From contig JAFVXH010000007.1 of the NCBI GenBank assembly GCA_017501225.1, positions 13,782 through 77,781 of the forward strand: 64,000 bases of DNA. The letters run 5' to 3'. The translations under genes and the position numbers were made by a program. Source of the DNA: Clostridia bacterium (GTDB lineage Bacteria > Bacillota > Clostridia > Oscillospirales > CAG-272). The notes beneath the pieces were generated by a model, which saw only the letters and a program-made list of their open reading frames with translations, did no database searches and was not told the origin of the DNA. This document shows positions 46,763-55,284 of this stretch, piece after piece (within the stretch, counting starts at the first letter, position 1; each line of letters starts with the position of its first letter).

Positions 46763-48313
46763 TTATTCCTCAGTTCCTCTCAAGGATGGGTTAAACGCGT
46801 CGCGCAAGCCGTTACCAAACAGGTTGAAGCTGAGCATCAACAAGCTGATAAACAGCGAGGGGAAGAGCAGCATATGGGGGTACGTGAACAGATAGTTCTG
46901 ACCCGTTGCAAGCATGGTTCCAAGGCTGGTCAGGTTACCGGTGCTAAGGCTGATGATTCCGAGGTAGCTAAGGCTGGTCTCGGAGAAGATAACACCGGGA
47001 ATGACGAGCACGCTACCGGTGATCAGAGTACCGATCGCGTTGGGGAAAATATGCTTGAACATAATGCGGAAATCTCTTGCGCCAAGTGTTCTTGCAACCA
47101 AAACATACTCTTGGTTCTTAAAGCGGTAGAATTGCATTCTGGTTCTTGCTGCCATACCTGTCCATCCCGTCAGGAAGAAGGCGATGAATAGGATCAAAAC
47201 GTGCGAAACGTTAAAGTGATATTTGAGCAGCGTGATCACGATCATGAACGGAACGGAGGAAAGCAGCTCCACGATACGCTCCATGATGATATCGACCTTG
47301 CCGCCGTAGTAGCCCTCGATCGCACCGTAGATCGCACCCACAAAGAGGTTGACGCTTGCAACGATGAACGCGAGGAACAAAGAGAATCTGGTTCCGCTGG
47401 CAAGGCAGGTAAAGACGTCCTTACCGGCGTTGTTGGTGCCAAAGAGGAACAGGGGCTCGGTGATTCCGTCGTCTGCTACCGCATGCTGATAAATATAATA
47501 TTCGCGGTAGTCAACACGAACCATCCAGGAGTTCTGCTTCTTTTCGGCGTAGTTGTACTGCTTGGTATCTCCTTCCCAATACATCTTGGAGGTGTACTGG
47601 TCGCGGCCGTCACCGGTATCCTTTTCATAGATCGGAATGAAGTTACCGTTCTTATCAAAGACGATCTCGGTCTTTCTTCCCGCGCCAAGCTTGGTACGGT
47701 ACCAGATATTTGCGTTGTTCTTATCCTGCTCTGCCTCCGGTCTGCGCTTGAATTCGGTAATGGGCAGGATAACCTGAACGTTGTTCGCATCCTGATATGC
47801 CTGCAGTGCCTTATACTGAGCATCGGTCAACTCAACGTACTTGACACCGACTGCGTTATAGGTATCCAGACGGAAGGAGTAGAGCGTCTTGGTTTTACCC
47901 ATGTAGGTTTCCTCGCGCGCCTCAACGTCGCTCATAATGACCTTGCGGCGCAGCTCCTGCTGGATCGCGCGGTACTGGTCGTAAGCCAGCTGGTTGACCT
48001 CTTTTTCCTGACCGCCGTCCCAGAACGGGATGCCGAGGTTATAGAAAATGGGGTTCTTGGGCAGTACGAAGGCGTAGCTGTTGTCCTCGTACGCAACGCT
48101 GAAGGGAGTAAGAAAAGGTGCAAGCAGAGCAAACAGCAGCAAAATACCGATGATGATGGCAGCCACGACGGACGCCTTGTTTTTTGCAAAGCGGCGCAGC
48201 GCATCCTGGAAATAGGTCAGGGGCTTGGTTTCCAGCTTTGTATCGTGCAGGTTGTCGTTGGTGGCGCGGAAAACGAATTTTTCGCTTGAAATCTTATAGT
48301 CTTGTGCTCTCAT
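46763..48313 (-). CDS. oppC: oligopeptide ABC transporter permease OppC with an extracytoplasmic loop of about 200 aa after TM1
   Basis: 516 aa. TM1 is VVAAIIIGILLLFALLAPFL, followed by about 220 aa of soluble sequence, then FGTNNAGKDVF and the BPD_transp_1 core (EAA-like ...ARTLGARDFRIMFKHIFPN). Confidence 0.85.
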   Translation of the reverse strand: MRAQDYKISSEKFVFRATNDNLHDTKLETKPLTYFQDALRRFAKNKASVVAAIIIGILLLFALLAPFLTPFSVAYEDNSYAFVLPKNPIFYNLGIPFWDGGQEKEVNQLAYDQYRAIQQELRRKVIMSDVEAREETYMGKTKTLYSFRLDTYNAVGVKYVELTDAQYKALQAYQDANNVQVILPITEFKRRPEAEQDKNNANIWYRTKLGAGRKTEIVFDKNGNFIPIYEKDTGDGRDQYTSKMYWEGDTKQYNYAEKKQNSWMVRVDYREYYIYQHAVADDGITEPLFLFGTNNAGKDVFTCLASGTRFSLFLAFIVASVNLFVGAIYGAIEGYYGGKVDIIMERIVELLSSVPFMIVITLLKYHFNVSHVLILFIAFFLTGWTGMAARTRMQFYRFKNQEYVLVARTLGARDFRIMFKHIFPNAIGTLITGSVLVIPGVIFSETSLSYLGIISLSTGNLTSLGTMLATGQNYLFTYPHMLLFPSLFISLLMLSFNLFGNGLRDAFNPSLRGTEE

Positions 48314-49290
48314 TATCTTGCCCCCATTCTGATTCTCGGGTCAATAAAGCCGTAGGAAAGGTCGATGACCAATGCCGCAACCAAACTGACGAGCAAGTAA
48401 AATCCAGACAGCATCATATAGAAGTCATAATCCATGGAGTTGATCGCGGTCAGATAAAGACCGCCAACGCCGGGGATCGTGAAAATTTTCTCGATAACAA
48501 GAGAGCCCGAAAGCACGCCGATAAACTCACCCACAATGGAGGGGAAGATCGGCACCATCGCGTTGCGGAGCGCGTGTCTGATGGTTGCCATGGATTTGGT
48601 CAGTCCCTTGGTTCTTGCCAGCAGCATAAACTCACTGGTCAGGACCTCGGTCAGCTCCGCGCGGGTTCCGCGCGCATAACCTGCGATCGATCCAAAGGAC
48701 ATCGCCAGCACCGCGGGAATCATGGACTTGAACATCGTCCACGAGAAGTAATTGTTATTCGCCTCAGCCAGAGACGCCATCTTCAGGGGCAACAGGTCAA
48801 ATTTAAAGCAAACGGTATATAAAAGCAAGGACGCGTATACGAAGGAAGGCACCGAGATAAAGACCATTACGGCGGTGCTGATGACGTGGTCCTGCCATTT
48901 ATTCTTCTTCAGTGCGGCAAAAATGCCGAGAGCGATGCCAAGCGGCACTGCAAACAGGGAGGAATAAATATTGATCAAAATTGTGGGGGGAAGCTTTTCA
49001 ATAAAAACGTCCCAAACGTTCTGCCCGCGATATTCGGGCATGCTGACGCCGACGCCGAAGTCGCCGTCCAAAACGATTCTTCTCAGATACAAGCCAAATT
49101 GCTCCATAATGGGGCGATCGTAGCCTCTTGCCTTGAGCTGAGTGAGAAGCTTGGTCGCGTCCTCACCGACGCCGACAGAGGTTGTATCAACGGGAAGTAA
49201 TTTGATTAACACAAAGCACACAACAAATATAATCGAGAAGGTCATCACCATAAGACCGATTCTCTTTAATACATATTTGAACATGTACAT
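48313..49290 (-). CDS. oppB: oligopeptide ABC transporter permease OppB
   Basis: 325 aa. MFKYVLKRIGLMVMTF..., EAA motif ...ARTKGLTKSMATIRHALRNA.... The stop overlaps the oppC start (TAATG). Confidence 0.9.
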   Translation of the reverse strand: MYMFKYVLKRIGLMVMTFSIIFVVCFVLIKLLPVDTTSVGVGEDATKLLTQLKARGYDRPIMEQFGLYLRRIVLDGDFGVGVSMPEYRGQNVWDVFIEKLPPTILINIYSSLFAVPLGIALGIFAALKKNKWQDHVISTAVMVFISVPSFVYASLLLYTVCFKFDLLPLKMASLAEANNNYFSWTMFKSMIPAVLAMSFGSIAGYARGTRAELTEVLTSEFMLLARTKGLTKSMATIRHALRNAMVPIFPSIVGEFIGVLSGSLVIEKIFTIPGVGGLYLTAINSMDYDFYMMLSGFYLLVSLVAALVIDLSYGFIDPRIRMGAR

Positions 49291-49345
49291 ACTTTGTAAT
49301 CTCCTTTCTTCTTTGTTTTCGCACGCAAATCAAAACAGACACAAA

Positions 49346-49370
49346 GAGGGATAGTCAAAAACTATCCCTC
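49346..49370 (-). other. intercistronic hairpin between oppA and oppB
   Basis: GAGGGATAGT-caaaa-ACTATCCCTC 10-bp stem in the 104-nt oppA-oppB gap. Confidence 0.5.
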
Positions 49371-49394
49371 ATGTGTTAACATTTAAGACGCGAC

Positions 49395-51953
49395 TTATTT
49401 GTAGTTCAGGGTGCCGCCTGCCTCTTGGACAGCTGCGATCCAACCTTCGTCGTCGTAGTTAAAGGTCATGTATCTGAATCCACCGTAACCCATAAAGGTA
49501 TTGTACTCATAGGTAACGTAGTCAACCTTGAAGGAGATCAGGGAAGCGCCGAAGCTGTTGTAGGTAGGAACTGCATAGTATACCTTCAAAACTTCCTTCT
49601 CAAGAGCTGCGATGAGCTGAAGTCTCTGGCTCTCCTCAAGTGCTGCGGAAGACCAGTCGTACTTCGCATCAGAGTAACCGTTGAGGCATCCGTACCAATC
49701 CATCAGGGACATGGTCTCGGTGATATCTGCGCCGTTCTCGCCAACGCCCTTCATGGTGAAGGTCATCATAACCTTGGTGGTATCCCATGCAGCAGCATAG
49801 CGGTAGCCCTCATCAAGGTAAGCGAGGAGGAAGTAGCCGGGATCCCATGCAGCACCGGTCCAACCGCCCATGCAAACGTCATATGCGCCTGCGCGGAAGT
49901 CGTTAGCCCATGCAGCTGCGAAATCCTTCAGCTCGAGGTCGATCTTGCCCTCAAGAGGCGTGCCGACAGCCATCGTCTGCCATGCAGTCTTGATGTACTC
50001 GAAGTGTCTCTGAACGGACTCGTTGATAGCGCCGGTACCGAAGGTCAGGAGAACCTTGTCGCCTTCCTTGATGTCGCCTGCTGCCAGAGCCTCGTTGTAA
50101 GCCTTGGTGAGGAGTTCTCTTGCCTGGTCGAGGTCGTAGCCGGTGATGGCTGCAACTGCCGCGTCAAGATCCTCGTACTGCGTGTAATCAACGCCGTAGA
50201 TCTCGCAAAGAACCTTCTTACCCTCGTCGGTGTTTCTGTAAACGCCGCCGTTCTCTACGTCATAGTAGTGCATAGAGTTGAACAGACCGAAGCCTGCAAG
50301 AGAGGAGGTGGTGCACTTTGCGGTGTAGTCAGCTCTGTTGATGGACAGAGAAAGTGCCTTTCTGAAATCCTGGTAGGTCAGAAGGAGCTTGTTTACGCCC
50401 TCGGACTGACGAGCCTCAAGCTGAGTAGCGTCAGACTGGAGCTGGAGAGATCCAACGAAATCGTCGGGAGTGAAGTATGCTCTGTCGGAGGTCTTGTAGT
50501 CGTCTGCGATGGTAACGTCAATGCCGATACCGTCGATTTCGCCCTTCTGGAACATCAGCCATGCGGAGTTCCACTCCTTAACAGTGTCGCATACGATTCT
50601 GTCGGTCTGATACTGGCCCTTGTACTCGTCCATGTTGTAGCCGTACCAGTTCTCGTTTCTGACGAGAACGTACTGCATACCGGACTGGAAGCTCTCGAGC
50701 TTGTAGGGACCCCAGCTTGCAGTGTTCAGCGCGTTGGTGCAGTAGGTGGAGGTCCAGAGAGTAGCACCCTCAGCGGGAGCTACCTTGCAAGCCTCCCACT
50801 TTGCCTTGTGAACGAGAGGCAGAGAGGAGAGGTTGTAAGCAGCCTTGTAGGAGAGGGAGCCGTCGTCCTTGAGCAGGTCGAGGGGCTGAGAGAGAACGAT
50901 TACGATCTCATAGTTGTTGTCGCCAACGAAAATACCAACCTCATCGAAGTCAACTTCGGGGAAGGTGTAGTAGGTAACGAAGAAATCGAGCTCTTCGTCG
51001 GGATCGGTCTGCCACCAGCCGATCAGAGCATCCCATGCAGCCTTCAGGGTTGCATCAGCCTTGATCTCAGCCATGGTCTTGCCTTCCATAGCAGCTGCAG
51101 CCTCAGCAGTGAATGCGGAGCCGCCCAGGTAGTTGGCAATGAGGTAAGCAGCGGTCTTTGCTGCATCATAGCTTGCGGGGAAGCCCATAGCTGCGCGGAA
51201 GGAAGCCTCTGCGTCAACGGTGTCCTCACCGACGGAGAGAGGGCCTGCGGGAGCCAGCGTGAAGACGATCTTGCTGTCAAGCTCCTCAGCAGTGTAAACT
51301 GCGTAAGGACCGTCAGCTGCGAACCAGCCCTCCTGACCCTGCTTTACGTAGTTCTGCGCGTTAACGAGGTTAACGGAGCCTGCGTAGAAGCTGTCAGCGC
51401 GGTAGTGCTGGAACAGAGGATCGAGCTGCTCCTTCATGGTGTATACGAAGTCGTTTGCATCGATAGCGGTGCCATCGTCCCACTTCATATCCTCACGAAT
51501 GGTGATCTTGTACGCGTAGCCCTTGCCCTCCTCGGGAAGTTCCCAAGCTTCTCTGTAAGCATCGGTAACGTCCTCGAGCTTGGTTGCTGCGCCGTACTGC
51601 ATCACGAACTCGCCGGGTACGATCTCGCCGTACTCGTCATACTTGAAATCGTAGCTGAAGAAGGAACCAGCGATGTAGCTCATGATCTGAGTATCGTTGT
51701 TGTCCTGGTAGGTCAGCTCGTTCCAGTTAGAGGGAGAGAGCGAGGTGTAGGTGTTGTAGGTGTAGAATTTGGGGTCCTTGTGACCGGTGAAGTCTTCTTC
51801 AACGGTAGGATCCTGGTTGGGGTTCTGTGTTCCGGTGGTGGTTCCCGCGGTCGTTCCATTTGCAGGGCCGTTATTGCCGCCGCAAGCGAACAAACCTACG
51901 CACATCAGTGCTACGAGCATGACTGCCAAAACACGGATAACAAGGTTTTTCAT
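49395..51953 (-). CDS. oppA: oversized family-5 substrate-binding lipoprotein (OppA-like)
   Basis: 852 aa. Signal peptide plus lipobox (LMCVGLFACGG), a Gly/Thr/Asn linker, then SBP_bac_5-like sequence through most of the length. Confidence 0.8.
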   Translation of the reverse strand: MKNLVIRVLAVMLVALMCVGLFACGGNNGPANGTTAGTTTGTQNPNQDPTVEEDFTGHKDPKFYTYNTYTSLSPSNWNELTYQDNNDTQIMSYIAGSFFSYDFKYDEYGEIVPGEFVMQYGAATKLEDVTDAYREAWELPEEGKGYAYKITIREDMKWDDGTAIDANDFVYTMKEQLDPLFQHYRADSFYAGSVNLVNAQNYVKQGQEGWFAADGPYAVYTAEELDSKIVFTLAPAGPLSVGEDTVDAEASFRAAMGFPASYDAAKTAAYLIANYLGGSAFTAEAAAAMEGKTMAEIKADATLKAAWDALIGWWQTDPDEELDFFVTYYTFPEVDFDEVGIFVGDNNYEIVIVLSQPLDLLKDDGSLSYKAAYNLSSLPLVHKAKWEACKVAPAEGATLWTSTYCTNALNTASWGPYKLESFQSGMQYVLVRNENWYGYNMDEYKGQYQTDRIVCDTVKEWNSAWLMFQKGEIDGIGIDVTIADDYKTSDRAYFTPDDFVGSLQLQSDATQLEARQSEGVNKLLLTYQDFRKALSLSINRADYTAKCTTSSLAGFGLFNSMHYYDVENGGVYRNTDEGKKVLCEIYGVDYTQYEDLDAAVAAITGYDLDQARELLTKAYNEALAAGDIKEGDKVLLTFGTGAINESVQRHFEYIKTAWQTMAVGTPLEGKIDLELKDFAAAWANDFRAGAYDVCMGGWTGAAWDPGYFLLAYLDEGYRYAAAWDTTKVMMTFTMKGVGENGADITETMSLMDWYGCLNGYSDAKYDWSSAALEESQRLQLIAALEKEVLKVYYAVPTYNSFGASLISFKVDYVTYEYNTFMGYGGFRYMTFNYDDEGWIAAVQEAGGTLNYK

Positions 51954-51987
51954 TGTTTTTTCTCCTTTTCAAAAGAATTCATTTGTA

Positions 51988-52016
51988 ATTATAGCACGCA
52001 GTGGCACTTTCGTCAA
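51988..52016 (-). promoter_or_regulatory. sigma-A type promoter for the opp operon
   Basis: Minus strand: TTGACG (52016-52011), 17 nt, TATAAT (51993-51988). Confidence 0.55.
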
Positions 52017-52549
52017 CCCTTTTTTAATATTTTTTTGAAGTTTTTTTCTAATCTGCGAGAAAATATACCCATAAATACACCCTGTTTTTTGTCAAAATGA
52101 CCAAAAACATGCCGAAAGCCGATAGTGCTCATATGCATAAATACGCCGTTTTTGCTTGAGTTTTATACATTTATACATTTTTTGAGCTGCAAAGTTGTGC
52201 TTTTGCACAAAAATTGCTGTTTTTTCAGGTTTTGAACCGAAGTGAGTACCAAGAAATCCCAAAATCCACCGTTTTTGGGCAAAAATGGAAGATATACGGG
52301 TACATCCGTCACGCTTGATTTTCTCCGCGCGCGCACGTATATATATAAGGATGGAATTTGCCCTATCCGTCATTCCGGGCAAGCCCATTTTGCATGACGG
52401 TTGCCTCAAGGCGTCATGCACGCCGATGCCAACGACCGACGCAACCCGCGTGCTCACACTCCCCTTTCGCGCCGCAATACCCCCCATTTTGCTTTGATTT
52501 CCTTTTTATTTAGATTTATTCTTATTCTCATTCTAATAAAATCCGATCA

Positions 52550-52622
52550 AAATAAAAAGCCCTGCCGAAGCAGAGCTTTTTGTATATCGAAATAATCCCA
52601 AAAGGGTAATTATCTCTTCGAG
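52550..52622. repeat. diverged copy of the rpsI terminator plus last codons (copy A)
   Basis: AAAATAAAAAGCCCTGCcgaaGCAGAGCTTTTTGTATATCGAAATAATCCCAAAAGGGTAATTATCTCTTCGAG. It shares TTTTTGTAT..CGAAATAATC and AATTATCTCTT.GAG with 53251-53331, and the reverse complement ends TCG AAG AGA TAA (S K R stop), as rpsI does. Confidence 0.55.
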
Positions 52623-52640
52623 TTTTAGCAATACCGTTTG

Positions 52641-52707
52641 ATATCGTGAATATCGTGAGTATCGCCCTATAAAGTGTTGCACCAAATTTGCACCAAGATC
52701 ACACCAA
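52641..52707. repeat. short tandem and phased direct repeats (iteron-like)
   Basis: ATATCGTGA ATATCGTGA GTATCGCCC (52641-52667). (G/A)CACCAA occurs three times, starting at 52679, 52690 and 52701, at 11-bp spacing. Confidence 0.6.
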
Positions 52708-52743
52708 CATTCAACGCTGTTCTGCTCGACAAATTGGAATTTA

Positions 52744-52965
52744 TTAGGCAAGTATGATAAGAAATACAGATGCAATGAGGATAACAATGCCAACTATGAA
52801 CTCTACTATACCAACTCGTTTTGCATAATTCTCATTCTTTCGTCCAGCCTTATAATCGCTGCTAAAACCATTGATGAGAGAGTATTTCTCCTTAAAGAAG
52901 ATAAAATACCCAAATAGAGTAAAAGCAATGCCTACGATAACCAAAATTATTTTCAATGCTAACAT
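52744..52965 (-). CDS. DUF3784-like small two-TM membrane protein
   Basis: 73 aa in AT-rich DNA. RBS GGAGGGA. Own promoter TTTACT-17-TG-extended TATAAT (about 52995-53030, minus strand). Confidence 0.6.
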   Translation of the reverse strand: MLALKIILVIVGIAFTLFGYFIFFKEKYSLINGFSSDYKAGRKNENYAKRVGIVEFIVGIVILIASVFLIILA

Positions 52966-53201
52966 AGAATCCCTCCGTCACATTCAAGTTTATCGATTAG
53001 TTAGATTATACCATAAAAACGGCAAAAAGTAAATACTCTTTGCGAACTTCGCCTTTTGCAAGGCGGTGCTGCGCACTTGTTTTGCTCTTCGCAAAACATT
53101 CGCAGAGCAATCTGTACTCGCTCGCTTACAAGCAAGCTTGCAGACTCGCTTCGTTTGATTATATGGACGGCAGGGTTTTTACAAATTGAACCGCATACAC
53201 G

Positions 53202-53249
53202 GTAGGGGCGAACTGTGTTCGCCCGCGGGCGTTCAAAGAACGCCCCTAC
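53202..53249. repeat. nested-hairpin palindromic element
   Basis: The outer stem GTAGGGGCG...CGCCCCTAC encloses two hairpins, GGCGAAC-tgt-GTTCGCC and GGGCGTTC-aaa-GAACGCCC. Confidence 0.6.
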
Positions 53250-53250
53250 G

Positions 53251-53331
53251 AAAACGAAAAACAGCACCCATCGAAATGGATGCTGTTTTTGTATCGAAAT
53301 AATCGCCGTAAGGTCGAAATTATCTCTTGGA
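53251..53331. repeat. rpsI terminator plus 3' end (copy B of the duplicated segment)
   Basis: See copy A. It contains the functional terminator and the real rpsI stop codon. Confidence 0.55.
53260..53290 (-). terminator. rho-independent terminator of rplM-rpsI
   Basis: AACAGCA(C)CCAT-cgaa-ATGG(A)TGCTGTT stem. A T-run follows on the minus strand (TTTTTCGTTTTC). Confidence 0.75.
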
Positions 53332-53721
53332 GAACTGAGGTGCACGGCGAGCTGCCTTGAGTCCGTACTTCTTTCTCTCCTTCATACGAGGGTCACGAGT
53401 CAGAAGTCCTGCTGCCTTCAGAGCAGGTCTGTTCTCAGCGTCTGCTGCGACGAGTGCACGTGCAAGGCCATGGCGGATCGCGCCTGCCTGACCGGAGATA
53501 CCGCCACCGTTCACCAGTGCGATGATATCAAACTTACCGGTGGTGCCGGTTACTTCGAACGGCTGGTTTACGATGAGCTTCAAGGTCTCAAGACCGAAAT
53601 ATTCGTCAATGTCACGCTTGTTGATGGTGATCACGCCCGTGCCGGGAACGATGCGTACGCGAGCAACGGACTTCTTTCTTCTGCCGGTGCCGTAGAAATA
53701 GGGCTTAGAACTTGTATACAT
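53320..53721 (-). CDS. rpsI: 30S ribosomal protein S9
   Basis: ...[17 protein letters not shown]...[19 protein letters not shown]...[27 protein letters not shown]. Confidence 0.97.
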   Translation of the reverse strand: MYTSSKPYFYGTGRRKKSVARVRIVPGTGVITINKRDIDEYFGLETLKLIVNQPFEVTGTTGKFDIIALVNGGGISGQAGAIRHGLARALVAADAENRPALKAAGLLTRDPRMKERKKYGLKAARRAPQFSKR

Positions 53722-53746
53722 GTGTTTTGTCCTTCCTTTCTTTCAA

Positions 53747-54175
53747 TCAGAGCTCAACGCACTCGGGCTTCTGAGCCTCGTGCTTGTGAGCGTCACCTGC
53801 ATATACCTTCAGACGGGTGAAGGCCTTAGCACCCAGGGTGTTCTTGGGAAGCATGCCCTTGATTGCGAGCTCCATTGCTCTCTCGGGCTTGGTTGCCATC
53901 ATGGTCTTTGCCTGAACTGCCTTCATGCCGCCAATGTAGCCGGAATGATGGTAGTAGTACTTCTGCTCCAGCTTGTTGCCGGTCAGAATTGCCTTATCGG
54001 CATTGATCACGATTACAAAGTTACCGCAGTCAACGTGAGGGGTAAACTCGGGAGCATTCTTGCCGCGGAGCAGATCGGCTGCAGCAACTGCAACTCTACC
54101 CATGGGCTTGCCGGATGCGTCCAGAACATACCACTTACGAACTACATTTTCTTTTTTCTGCATAAATGTGGACAT
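53747..54175 (-). CDS. rplM: 50S ribosomal protein L13
   Basis: Track ORF 53747..54253. I prefer the ATG at 54175 after [37 protein letters not shown].... Confidence 0.95.
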   Translation of the reverse strand: MSTFMQKKENVVRKWYVLDASGKPMGRVAVAAADLLRGKNAPEFTPHVDCGNFVIVINADKAILTGNKLEQKYYYHHSGYIGGMKAVQAKTMMATKPERAMELAIKGMLPKNTLGAKAFTRLKVYAGDAHKHEAQKPECVEL

Positions 54176-54224
54176 TGTAGTATTTCCTCCAAACAAATCA
54201 TTAAACATTTTTTCATGCTCGCCT

Positions 54225-54253
54225 ATTATAACATACCAAATATGGCTTGTCAA
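54225..54253 (-). promoter_or_regulatory. consensus sigma-A promoter for rplM-rpsI
   Basis: Minus strand: TTGACA (54253-54248), 17 nt, TATAAT (54230-54225). Confidence 0.65.
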
Positions 54254-54378
54254 GTCTTTTTTGAAAAAAATTTTATGAATTTTAATTTAGCACCATCATA
54301 TCTCTCGTTTTCTCTCGTTTTTGCGCTTTTTTGCCCCTATTTCGCAAACGCCAAATCATTTTTTGCGTGCGGAAGAAG

Positions 54379-54407
54379 AAAAAACGCGTGCGCCTATTGA
54401 CGCACGC
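54379..54407 (-). terminator. rho-independent terminator after nrdR
   Basis: GCGTGCG / CGCACGC stem followed by GTTTTTTC on the minus strand. Confidence 0.7.
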
Positions 54408-54415
54408 ATTCCCTT

Positions 54416-54865
54416 TTATTCATTTCCGCTCTTGAGGTCGTGAAGCTCCTCCAAGAAGGTATCGATATCCTTGAACTCGCGGTATACCGACGCAAAGCGC
54501 ACGTACGCGACCTCATCACGCACCTTCAGCTTCTTCATCACCATCTCGCCGATCTCGGTCGAGGTAACCTCCTGCTGCAGCGTATTCTGCAGCTCGGACT
54601 CGATCTCATTGACCAGAGCGAGCGCGTCCACGGGACGCTTTTGCGTTGCCTTCAGCACGCCCGCAAGCAGCTTCTGCTTATCAAAAAGCTCCTTGGCACC
54701 GCTTTTTTTGATCACGATAATCTGTACCGCCTCCAGCATTTCAAAGGTGGTAAAGCGCTTCTGGCAGGACAGACACTCGCGACGGCGGCGAATGCTGTTT
54801 GATTCCGCAACGGGTCTGGAATCAATTACCTTACTGTCTATAAATCCGCATCCCGGACATCTCAT
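54416..54865 (-). CDS. nrdR: transcriptional repressor NrdR
   Basis: MRCPGCGFIDSKVIDSRPV...RRRRECLSCQKRFTTFE zinc ribbon plus ATP-cone. Confidence 0.95.
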   Translation of the reverse strand: MRCPGCGFIDSKVIDSRPVAESNSIRRRRECLSCQKRFTTFEMLEAVQIIVIKKSGAKELFDKQKLLAGVLKATQKRPVDALALVNEIESELQNTLQQEVTSTEIGEMVMKKLKVRDEVAYVRFASVYREFKDIDTFLEELHDLKSGNE

Positions 54866-54924
54866 CGAATTTCACCGTAGCCTTTCGGCTTCCTTTTTCA
54901 GCATTTTGTACGATTTCTTGTATT

Positions 54925-55284
54925 TTAGCACAAAATATGGGATTTGTAAAGGGATTTTCCGATTTTTTCCATTCTTTTCCGCGAATGCGGTGCTTTTTTA
55001 CGCGCGCTTTCGGTGCTTTTGTGACAATTCCTGCCAAAAATCCTGTGCGACGTCACGAGCGGTACAGGGTGTGACCTCGCCGTCGCAAAAGCGCACGAAC
55101 AGCTCGTATGCTTCGGCAAGCGACTCCCCTGCCTCGATCCTCTCACACTCCTCGCCAAAGCGGACAATATCCAGAATTTCTCCTCTCCGGCAAAGCACCC
55201 CTGCAGCAGGTGCTCCAGGCGCAATCCCTTGACCGTGCTGTTCGCCCGCATCAAAAGAATCCCCTTTTCGTGTTCCGTATTCAT
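54925..55284 (-). pseudogene. small ORF with a good RBS and an apparent frame break (possible frameshifted gene or overlapping frames)
   Basis: AAGGAGGTGA (55301-55292) lies 7 nt before the ATG at 55284 (MNTEHEKGILLMRANSTVKGLRLEHLLQGCFAG...). After about 35 codons this frame becomes R/S-rich. The -1 frame (track ORF 54998..55198) reads ...GEILDIVRFGEECERIEAGESLAEAYELFVRFCDGEVTPCTARDVAQDFWQELSQ but has no RBS of its own. Confidence 0.3.

Noticed and set aside
52092-52487. A 131-aa minus-strand ORF and the overlapping 70-aa plus-strand ORF in the opp-upstream gap.
   Set aside because: Neither has an RBS, the composition is implausible, and I recognise no motifs. I treated the region as non-coding or debris (see the finding on 52020-52550).
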